Source of the DNA: Candidatus Omnitrophota bacterium
GTDB taxonomy: Bacteria; Omnitrophota; Gorgyraeia; Gygaellales; Profunditerraquicolaceae
Direction: 5' to 3'
Length of the DNA stretch: 64,000 nucleotides
Assembly (NCBI GenBank): GCA_050012075.1
Contig: JBEKHW010000001.1
Location: 132,766-196,765, forward strand
A program made the translations under genes and the position numbers. The notes below the pieces were generated by a model, which was given only the letters and a program-made list of their open reading frames with translations, was not told the origin of the DNA and ran no database searches. This document shows positions 24,001-36,000 of the stretch, in pieces (the first letter of the stretch is position 1; each line of letters opens with the position of its first letter).

Positions 24001-27000
24001 ATAGGAAACTTAGGGCTTCTCTTAGTATGCCGGCCTCTTGGACGTTTAGCAATATCTTTCCGTACGGCAAATACAAATCTTCTTCTATCTTGAAGTATAA
24101 CGGCGGTTCGTACCCGAAAGACCTCAGGCGGTGGTTTATGCAAGTCATATTCCTCAAGGTGCCATTGCCATATTTCAAGTTCAATTCCGAATCTTTCACT
24201 TCTACTATCGGAAATGATTCTCCGATCAATAACTCTTTAAGCATCAGGCTCTGATCTCTAACGATCTTTTTTCTTTGCTGTTCAGACATAATCTCAGGGA
24301 TAACTTCTTTATTACCCCAGATGAATGTAAGTTGCGATAAAAGATACATTAATTTACCGCTTATCTTCCGCTGCTCAATGGCCTCCGCAATATATTTCCA
24401 GGGGTGAAAAACCATCTTATTTTTGTGGTAACCCGCTAAAATTAAAGAACCTTTGATTTGATTGATCAATATTGCTTCCTGTTCAGTACTGATCCTGTCC
24501 TGATTGCAGAACATAATGAAATCTGTATCTGAATAAAGGACCATTTGCTTTCTAGCTACGCTGCCGTAACCTAAAAGCGCAATGTCTTGAGAATAAGACG
24601 GAGAAACATACCTATCCATAATACTTCTTACGGTAAATTCAAATAGATCAGTGGTTGCCTCGGCAATACGCAGGCCATTAAGTCTCGACGCTGATTGTGC
24701 CCGTATCTTATTAATCTGCTTCTTTCTTTCTGCAATATCGACTTTTAATTTTCTGATAAAGGCCATATCGATATTCTGGCAACCCGCCGGAGAGCTGGCG
24801 CGCTTATCTATACTGGCCTGTGCTTTTATATCCTGAACGAGTTTCCTTCCTTCCAATAGTAGCTCCATCAATTCAAAACATGACGCCATTGCCTTTTGCG
24901 TATCGGAAGGGAATATTACGCCTCCTGCGTCCAGTAAGCTATTTTCCAATAGGGTATATTTCTCATTTGCAGGGGGGATAAGATACTGCCGGTAATTATC
25001 AGGACTAATGCCGGTAAGAATACCCGGATTACGGGTCAGGATAGTGATTATTTCTTTTCTTTTTGCTTGCGCATTCCCAATGTGGCCGTTCAACCTCATA
25101 ACCCTATCCCACCAGCCCTCTGTGGCATAGACGGTATTATCACCTTCATTCTGAAAGACCGCGGCATTGGCTTGAAGATAATTCGGGCTCCTCGCAAGCC
25201 ATCTTAGGTTCTCTTCATCGGCATTATCCTGTGGATTACTTATTTTAATCAATTCACCTTTAATACAACTTATAGAGAATTTATCAGCTGCATCTGCGGA
25301 AATGCTCAATAATCTGGATTGAGTCTCTTTTGGCTCGGTAAGTAAAGGGTGAAGTTTTGGCCGGGCGCTACCTGGTTCGTATTCAGAAATGAGACTGCGC
25401 AACCCAACACCTGTGATTTTCTTCTGGCTGATCTGGGTAGCGATGTGGATTATGATGGGCTTACGCTTATTAGAATCCTTCGGCGGCGCCTGCGGATGCT
25501 GGGTCAGGCTCTCTTTTATCCTGGCCTTCAATACTTCGATCTTTCCTAGGGATAAGCTACCTTGCCTTAACACATTGAAATCATGTTGGCTTACCTTTAC
25601 GACGGCATCCTTGAAATCCTCATATCGCTCTTGGAGTTTACGCCCCAATACTGCGGGAGAACTAACGACGGCTGCCGGGCCGATTTCATCCGGCCTTATT
25701 TTTGAAAGCGGCCGGAAGCCTTCCGACTCAAACCTATCCTGGCCTTCCTGCATTTCAAACGATGTCTTTACATCCCAGAGCAACTTGCCACGAGTAAACT
25801 CCTGTCTTCCGCGCTTAGCCCAAAGCTCCCTCTTTAAGCTTTCGCTTTCCACCGGGAAACCTGCGCCATCTATTATCTTTAGGGCTTCCAGGAAAGGCAG
25901 GCACGGTTTTCCAATAGTTCCTATCTCTACCATTTCTATCGGCAGGTGGGCAAAATAAGCGATGATATCTTCTTCATTCATATATTCCAGCAGGTCAGTT
26001 AATTCTCGGCATATCTCTATAATGCCTCTGACCAGATGGACATTATATAAACTTTCTATGATCTTTTCGGCCTGGTAAATGGAAAATTCTGGCTTCAGTA
26101 TCCCTTGATATTCTTTTATTTCAACACAGGTGGCCCAGAAGGTTTGGCCGAGCATAACGTCTTTCCACCAGTCAATCTCTGCGCCGCGCCGGCGATACCT
26201 TGAAGTTAAATACTTTGGATTAAAAGGAATAAAACCCTGCCAGCCTTTATAATCACAGAGAAAGCCGGCAACGACCGATTCTCCGCTATCCAATCTCTTT
26301 GTGGCGATATCCATGATGAATACCTTCCATAATCTCGTCTCCCGCTCCCGGGCGGCTTTTTCTAATTCTTTGATGGCCTGGCGATGCTCTAATGCCAATT
26401 CCCTGGTGACACTAAAAATCGGCCTGTCGTTAATGCCGAAGCCGGCTAAATATGCGGTAACTTTTTCTCCCTGAGGATGCTTTTTCAGGTAATCTCCTGC
26501 TGGCTCTGGAATCAACCCATGAGGAAGCAGGCTATAAATTTCCCTCCCCTGGTAAAAATAAGAAACTCTTATGCCGTGATACCAGGGGCCGTATATAACA
26601 ACCTCACAGGGCAATGGTTCGCTGATTTGAGCGGCCTGCCTTAGATAAGAAAGAGCTCTGGTTACGGTAGGAAGGTATGGCGTAGGAAGGTATGGCGTAG
26701 GAAGCTGTTGCGTTGGCGCAGGTTTTTCTGTTTGTCTTAACTTATCCTGAGCCAACCGCATTACTTCTCTGCGCTGTATCTGGAAACTTTGTTTTTCGGT
26801 ATCCGTAAGGGCCTGCCAAGCTTCTGGCGGAAAATAACACCCTCTTTTGGCTATTCGTTCTAAATTATCGCCTTTTATTGAAGACGCCCCTTGAGCGATC
26901 TTTTCTTTGTAACTATCAATAACCGCTTGAATTTGGGCGGCAGGAGAAAGCGGCACTTCATTTGCTTTTGCCTCAGGCGGCGCGACTGTTGAATTATTCT

Positions 27001-30000
27001 CCGTCTCTAATAATACCTGAAGGCGTTCTTCCTTCTGCGCCTGTGGCTGTAAAGTTGTTTGCTTAACCAGCTCAATAATTTTATTTAGCTCAATCCGGAT
27101 TCCGTCTTCATTATAAATATTACCTGTCTCTTCATCTAAATAATAAGAGCCGCGGATAAGCCGGTCCTCTACAAATGCCTGCCCTATCAATAAGTCCACT
27201 CTGTGTTCAAATAAGTGCCGCTTTTCTTTTTCAGATAAACTGGTCTTGCGATAACATAGCTTCTCGCCTTCAAGCTGGATATCTTCTTCCAGGCGCTCGG
27301 CAATATCTTCGCTGAAGAACTTAGGTTTAAGTTTTAACCTAAAAATCTTCGAATATTCTCTTAACATAGTTATAACGTCTTCTTTTTCTTCCGCTTTTAC
27401 AAAGGTTCTTGCGGGGCACAGCTCCTGTGTAATGGAAACTTTACGCTTGAAAGAGGAGGTGCTTAGATAAATTTCCGGTAGCCGGCAGTATAACCTGGCA
27501 GTGAATTTCCCGGGGCAGGAGAGATCTTCTGAAATAACCAAAAGATGCTGTTTGTCTGACAACCCAGACAACATCTCTGCAGAAGGAAGCGGGTATTTAT
27601 AGGAGGAATAGACAATGAGGCCATCTAGGTCAGCAAGCAGTGTTCCAGTCCGCTCTTTCTTAGCCTTAGCCAATATCTCCTGCCATTTTTTACTGTCAAT
27701 GCATAACTGCCTGGCTTGCTGCTTAAGCTCAGGTATATTCGGCAAGATTTTCCATACCGGAGGCCTTACTCCGGGATACACCGTATCCCACTGCGCTTGC
27801 GTAAAATCCTGCATGTGCTTTATTGTATTGAACCCAAATATCAGATTTTTCTCAAATGCTTCCCAATCCACCAGGACAAAGTCCAAGTCAGTAACTGCCC
27901 GCTCTTCTCTTATTGCAGCTAGAACCTCATCCCACGGGTCGTATGAACACTTGGTAGTTCCGGATTGGAATTTCTTCAGCTTTCTTTCCACCTCTCTATA
28001 TCTGGCAAAATCCTCCTCCAAACATCCGGTAGCCGAGTCTTTAAAGAATACAAAGACATCCTTACGCACTTTTCCCCCGATATGAAAGCCGCTATCCTGG
28101 CAAAACGCGACCCTTAATGCCGGCAGATAGACCATATCTTCATAACTGCATCCTTTTACCGCTTCTATCTTTTCTATGATCTGCTGATTACCTATTTTCC
28201 TCTGCAGCGCTGTCGCTAGATCCTGTGGGGAGAGCATCGGCTTAAATCCGAATTTCTCCAACCCTTTATACATATAAGTATTCGCGGTAGAAAGTTCATA
28301 TTCTATACCCGGCACTTTATCCCGCGCGATCTCTATTCCTCCGCGGATACCTTCATCCTCTATCATTCCCCACAGCATCTCCTTGGTAAAATCAAGTAAT
28401 TGCTGATTGATGAGCATCTCTTGAATAGCCGCATTTGAAATATCAGCTTGCTGCGGCGTAACAGGTTGCCTTTCCCCGAAAAGCCTTCTGGCTCTTAGCT
28501 GTTTTATAACGGTATCTAACGAATCAGAAGATCCTTTCTGTCCGGAATGATCTGGTGTCCTGGCCGGGGACGAACCCTGCTTTACCGGAACTTTCTTTGA
28601 TGCCAAAGTGGATATCTTTTGCTTCAGTTGAATTGAAAGCTGCTGGAACGCTCCACTCATATCTTCTGGAAGGATAAATTGCCTAGAAAGTATTTCTATA
28701 CGCTGTGAAATATCCTGCAGAACTCTTAAGTCGTAGCTCTGCGCAGCTTTAAGCTTACTTGAACTTAACAATACCTGCCAGGCATCCTGCCAGACCGCAG
28801 AATATTCACCTTGTTCAGCAAGCGACAAACCATATTCCTCCATATTGGTGAATATATCCCTGACCCTTACCAGCAACGATATTTCTGTTTCAATATCCTG
28901 CATTTCCTGCGCTTCGCGCAATTGTCCTCTTAATGCTTGCGGCCTTGGCGCATGTTTCTTGTGGTGTGCCTCTCGCCTTATTTCAGCTGGTCGCTCTATT
29001 GCCTGCTCCGGATACGCAGGTTCCTCATCTGCAAATTCCTGCTTACTACTTTGTCTTGTTATATACTCCAACCTCCGGTATATCCTCTGCCGAAGAACCG
29101 CTAACCATTCTTTTAATTTCTCTCCTTCTCTATAACCGACTTTATTCCATTGGCCCGCAATAGCCCCCTGCCAATTCTTTTCTGTAAGCCGGTCATATAA
29201 TACCTGTAAACCGTCTTCACCCGTAGGATGGACGTACAAAAGATCACTCGCTTCTCTTGCTAATCCTCTAATATGCTCCTCAAGCGCTTGCCTGGCTAAG
29301 ATAGCTTCTTCATTTTTGGTTTTTGCCTGGTCCAACGCATCTTTCCTGTCCTCCAGCGCCTTAGTCCAATACTGTTTTAACTTACCTGTTAATTCCTGCG
29401 AAGCTTTTGAACGATCATCCAAAGACCCTATTTTATCCTGCGTCTGTTTGTTGAGCCCGCCAAATTGCGCAACGGCACTTAAATTGGACAGGGCTACAAG
29501 ATTTTCTCCTATATATAATAATACCTGCAGCCGCTTATTTTGTTTCTCAATGCTTACCGCCCGCTCCTTCAGATACCGTTCCAGTTTTCTTTGCCGTTCC
29601 CTTAAAGGTTCATCATCAGCATATTCAATAAGCTCAACAGGTACCTTCAATTCTGCGCGCGCCTGGGCGATTCTTTCGGATAATTGGGATAGAACTGAAG
29701 TAACCTGGCTGCATGCTTCTTTGGCCGGCAGCTGCCTTTCTTCTCCGCTAAAAGGATCCAAGCACCAATAGACCCTTTGGGAATAACCTCCCCATTTAAG
29801 ATCCTCCAATAACTCTTCTATCCTTGCTTCAAAATCAAAGAGGACTTTCTGGCAAGTGACGATATCTAATCTCCGCTGATTCAGGAAACCCAGATGCGCT
29901 GCTATAGCCTGAACCGCTTTTTGTTTAAACCCTTTCCCTAACTCCAGGATATCTTTCTGCCCCTTCTGTTTAAACTGCGCAAGCCTTCCATCCCCTTCCT

Positions 30001-33000
30001 TGATGCTGATAAAGAACCTTCTTAAAGCTTTCCCGAAAATAATCAGATCTTGCGTTTGCTGCAAGAGAAGCGGACCGAATTTCTTTGCCTCGGCTTCAGT
30101 CAGGCCTCCTTCTGGAATGCCTGCCTCGCTTACTTCCGCTGTTAAATCTTCCAGTTCCACGCCATTCTCGCCTTTGACGCCGATCTCCTGAAGCATGCCT
30201 TGAAGCCGCTTTAATTCCTCTTCCTGCGCCAGGACAAAAGGATCTACCTCTTGAGGGGCTTTTTGCTCTATCGCTTCAACTTGCTTTCCCGCTATCTCTG
30301 TGCGTTGCTGTACAGCTTCATTTGCCAATTTGAGCGTCGCCGATACTTCATTGAGCCCGGCAGCATCAGAAAGGATATTTCCGGCTGATTCAATTGCCTG
30401 CCCTGCCTTAGCGAGGTCACCTGTCGTAATTGCGGTTCTTGCTTCATTAAGAAATACATCAGCTTGCCCCTGTTTCTCCTCCGCTGCTTTTTCCTCGGCT
30501 GCCACCCGCTGAGATTCTTCTAATCTGGCGACTTCTTTCTTCTCTTCCTCGTTTATCCGAACCCTCAGCTTCCTCGCCTGTTTTGTCCGGCCGCTATGCT
30601 CTTCTGCTTCCCTTACTTTTGCGCGCGCCGCATTGAAATCTTTCTGCTCCAAGAAAACTTCCGCCTCTTCTATGATCTGCCTGCGTTCCCTTATTATCTG
30701 TTGAGAAGCATCGATTATCTCTTGCAACTTTGTTACTGCATTTAACAACTGTGCCTTTTGCTCCTCTATCTTCTTACTAAGTTCGTCTTTGCCAAGATCA
30801 AAAGAAGCAGAAAGCAACTGCCCTATCCTTGCCTTTGCGCTTTCTACCGCTCCCAGGTCTCCTCTCTGTCCCTTTCTGACTGCGGCTTCTGCCCGTCCCG
30901 ACAACTCCCTTATCCTGAGCAGGCATTCTACTGCCTGTTTTCTGGCAAGGAGAGTATAGGAATCCGGTATACTTGTTAATGCATATTCCACTAAGTTTAA
31001 GGCCTGCCTAAATTCTCCTGACTCTACCAATCCCTGAGTTTCCTCCATGGTCTTTCTTTCATATAGCACAGGTATGAATTCGTGGGGCGCAGTAAGAGCT
31101 TTCCTTATTCTCGCCAATTCAGGCAGGACCTTGTTGAAGATGGGATTATCCTGCTGATTCATCATCTGCGAGCTAAATGCGTTAGAGAACCGTTGCCCAT
31201 CTACCAAAATATATGGCAGAACTGCTACTGCGCGGCCAGTCCTAAGATATTCGGCTAAGCACGCTGCTGCTTTAGGATTGAATACAGCCCCTTCTCCTGC
31301 CAATTCCCGATAAGGCTCTTCTTCAAAAATGGCTCGGTGCTCCCGGTCATAAAGCACTATGGGTATGGCGTCCTGCATTGTTCCGGCATCATTCCGCAGG
31401 CGCCATTCCTGATTTAAGTAAATATAGAGCAAGGGAGGAACCCCTTCGGAGCCGCTTCTGGCTTCTACCTTGTTATATGCTTGAGGATTGTTAATCACTA
31501 AGCGTATTAAATCCTCTGTGCTTAAGATCGGAGCAAATCCCAGATAAAGCATGGCCACCGGTTCATAAGGACCGACCAATTTCCTGCTTGCATCAATAAT
31601 GCGTAAACAGCTTTGATTAAAGTTACCTCCCTTCCTGGCTAAAGCGAGGACATGTACCATCTGTCTTGCTGCAGCATGCCACATCAACCGCCTTATCTCT
31701 TGAGGATAATCTTTTAACTGATTGTTGCACCAGGCAGAAGCATCCGGTTCCGGAGGATGCACTGTCCAGGCATTAGAGGGATTGGTTGAGTTATCTTCAT
31801 TGAGCCCGCGCCAGTCAGTCAGGATTTCTCCTGCTGCGGTCCAGACACATTCTGCATTTGTTGTATTTATTGCCTTGCATATCCCTTCTTCCAGCCAATC
31901 GCCGATAGCATAATTATCAATCAGCAAGTCATTCCAGGCACAATAAGCCAATACCTCTGTACAAAGGTCGCTATATTCCGGTTCAAGCAGGACGTTCAAG
32001 AAATATCCGTAGCCAATGCTCTTGGCCTTAGGATACCGAGCAAAAGGCAGATATTGACAAAAATAGGCATATCTCAAGGCATAATAGAATCTCCTGGAAA
32101 CCGCATCTACATATATATCGCCTACCGGACAAGCAGCTTTCTCTTCTTTAGTATCCTCGTTTGCCTTATCTGCGCCTTGCCGGCCAATAAACAGATAATC
32201 AACGCCTCCTACGATAATACGGTTATCTTTATCCGTCCAATTTTTCTGTTCCCGCAGCATCTCTAATAATTCCGGCCATTTCTCCGCAGCATATCTATTG
32301 GCTTCCGAATCACTCACTGTGATCCCGGGAAGCGAGGAACTCATCAGATAAATATCCAATACCGCTACATCTGTTACCGGCCCTTTGAATATGGCTTCAT
32401 CTTTCATGAATACCCTGATAACAGTATAGCCACTGACCGTAGTAAGCACATCCTTCCGGAATATCGGGCTTCCCTTCCCAGGAGTATCTTTTAATTTCTC
32501 CGCTATCTCCTTTCCCGAAAGCATAGGCGTGATACCGAGGGCTAAAAGCGCACGTAAGAACGGCAGGTGCGGATAGAAAATTGCGCCTGCTGCATAGATA
32601 ATCGGCACTGAGCGGCCCTCGCCAGCCAAATAATCTTTGATTGTGTCTAATTTATTAATGATTTCTTCGTAGTCCAATGATTGCATACACTCATCTATTG
32701 TTTTGATTACAGATCGCACGGTATTTTCTTTTTGCTGGTCATTCGGCCCGGCTGTATCAACCGTATGTGCAATCTCCGGCTCTTGTCTTGTATCTGCTAG
32801 CTCCTCTGTGTCATAAAAAGCAAATATTGCACCCGCATAATAATCCATCATAAACCTGACAAAATAATTCGCATAATCTTCATTTTTCTTTAACTCATTG
32901 ATATCATTCGTATCTATATCGCAGAGGTCTTTTTTAGTAAGATAGCCGGCCTTGATTGATTCCACTTTACGATAAAAGTCTTCTCTATTGGCCGGCCAGA

Positions 33001-36000
33001 AATAGGACATCCCGGCAGATAATTGTTTCTTGAATTTATCTATTTCCAGCTCATATAGGAGATTGAGCGCTGAACTATCAACCTTGCTCCACACATCATC
33101 AGGAAGCTGATATACCAGTTCTCCTAACTTTTTGAGGATTCCTATATAATATTTCCAGCGTGTCGTATTAACATCACTAGTTGCGTTTACTTCGCGACAT
33201 ATTTCTCTGTATTCATCCGCCATAGCTACCAATATCTTCCTTTGTTCTTTAGGCAGCCAATGCGGGACTATTGCGCGCGCCTTTGCCGCAATCTCTTCCG
33301 AAAGTCCTTTTAACCCCGGATCATTCAGCATTTCTCTAAGCCCTGCTTCCAGAATCTCCTGCGCTGCGTCAAAGTCGTTCTTTTGCAATACCCCGCTTAC
33401 TTTAGTCTTTATCTCATTTAGCTTCTGCTCTTTTTCAGCTCTATTAGCTTCATTTTTCTTTGCTCTTATCCTGCTTAAAAGAAAAGTGATATCCTGATCC
33501 TGGAACCTTTTGCTAAAGTTTTGCGTTACTGTCTCTTCTGCTGCAGTAAGTTCTCCTGCGGCTATTTGTGCTTCGGCATAAGCAAGCACTGCTTTTTTCT
33601 TTCTTGCGGAAAAATCTGCCGAGACTCGCTCTCTCTGCTCCTTGGGCCACCTACCCCATGAAGCGGCTGTCTCATTCCTTATCAACTCCAGCGCCTGGGG
33701 ATATTGTTGCGTATTAATTAATTCATCTACCTTGGCAAAAATACGTTCTACACGCTGCTTCTCTAATAAGCCATTTGCCGCTTCTGTAGCCTCCTGCTTT
33801 TGTCTTATATCCTCTTGTATCATTGCTTCTGCCTGATCCCTTGAGATAAAGACCTCCTCTATAAATCGCTCTTTATCCTTCCGACTAAAACCTACTCTTC
33901 TCAACTCCTCTGCCAAGCATAGAAGCCCGCTTGTATAAACCACAACCATGGGCACACCCGAAAGCACTGCCTGGCCGCTCAAAATTAACTGATGCGCGTC
34001 AGCCGGGTTTGTCAGAATCCTGCTGAACCGCTTTGCGCTCCCTTCATCAAAAGTAAAGAATATTAATTCTTTAGCCGGCTTACCGCTGATTGTAATAACA
34101 TCCTCGGAAAAAGTAAGGGTATGCTTCATACCTTCCCTTACATATTGGACATTACTGCTTCGATGCTTGCTTGACGGTTCTATTTTAGAAATTACGCCAT
34201 CAGCGACCTGCGCAGGGCTAAGATTGCTCATAAAATGATGCTGCATGGCAAAACTTATCTCTTCCCCTGTCTGCGGGACGCAATAAAGCAGTTTCCTCTG
34301 CCCGTCGGCATTAGCCATAACGTCCAGCAAACCTAATCCAATCGTTTCCAAGTCGCAGGATGAAATATCTATCTGGCATTCTTGCGCCGGAGAAAATTCC
34401 TGAGCCCCAGCCGGCGAAGATGCCTGCTTTGGATTTAAGATGCAGTCCATTGCCTGGTAATCAGCCGTATTTAACCCCGGTATAAAGACAAAATCGCCTG
34501 CTATCTGTTTTACGCTGTCCGTTAAGCAAATTTCTCCTACCATAACGCCCTCTTTAGCACTATCAGATATGCTCTTTAATAATCTTGCGAAGAAAATCCC
34601 CTGTCCGGGCATCGGGCGTTTCTTAAAAACCTCCAGCCAATCCCCGGCTGCTTTCAATGCTCTTTCAAAATCTGAAGAGAGGCTCATCTGCTGCCCTAAT
34701 ATCACATAGCCGCCTAAGAGGGGCATTGTTGCTTTGTCCCCAAGAGATACGCCCCACGCTCCTATTTCAAAGAATGACCTTTTTGCCATGGCAAGAGTTT
34801 TCTCAGACAAATCATAATCCTTTTCGGAAAACGCCGTGTGCGCTATCATTGTTTTCCAGAAAAGCTTAATAGTGAACCCGATAATCTCATCCAATCTAAC
34901 CAGCCCTCTACTGATATCATCTGATAAATTGGGAAGACTGTTCATGAGCGATACGTTTTTACGCATTTCCTTTAAAAGCGCAATGCTATCGCCAAGCCAG
35001 CATTTCAATACTCTTTTAATGATAGCGTTTAAGAATCGTATCAAATAAATATCTTCTTCTTTCACGTCCTGGCGCGAATTCCATTTGATAAATAAACGCA
35101 GCCCCTCTGAAAATAAGCTGTGCGCCTTTTTAAAATCACCCTTCTCCGCAAAAACCAAGCTCAAGCGGCAATAAGCGAGTATAAGGTAATGAACCTGACT
35201 AAGCACGCCTTCGTTGGGCCCTTGTTCCGGTTGCGCGTCAATAATCTTTCTGGCTTCCTCTGCAAAGATAAGCGCTTCGTCGTATCTATTATAGCTTATC
35301 CTTGAATTCGCCCGGCGCATGAAAGATTCACAATTGGCAGCATCTGTTTGCTTCGACATAGCCTGACCTGTCTCTGCCTGGCTTACCGATGGAGATGAAC
35401 CTCTTTCTGGATTTATACCAGTTTTCTCTCCTGTTTTCTGTTTATCCCTGCGGGAGAAAGCGGCGCCCAGCGCTGTCAAGAACAAACCTAACACGCATGC
35501 TTCTATAATTGTTAACCGCCGGTCGAAATTACTTTGTGGCTCTGCCAGAGTTTCTTCTTGGGATATTGATTTGGCCTGTTCCCCTATAGTTACCTTAACA
35601 GGCACAAGCTCGTTATTATCGGTAGTTATTCTTACGGCGGGCGCAGGGCTAATTTTTTGCGCCAGGCCTTGCTGGTTACGCACAACGCATGACGTAAACA
35701 GGCAAAGAAGCCCCGGCGTAAGAGCAATGAGTATATATTTAGCGGCGGGCGATGAGCCCTTGCCTGCTTTATGTTTTTTCTTTGTCTTAGCCTTTTCCGC
35801 TGCTTCCTTTTCTAACTGCGCCTTCTTTGCCTCCTCCAGGGCTTTAGACCTGCCTGAATCTACTTCAGCAAGACAGGCGACGGGGAAATTCTGGCGCGTC
35901 GTAGAACCCTCAAGCAATCCTTTCCAGGAAAAGTTAAAATCAACGTAGCTTCCCTGCTGCTTCTCGCCGATTTCTGCTAGTATCTTTTCTATTATGGATA

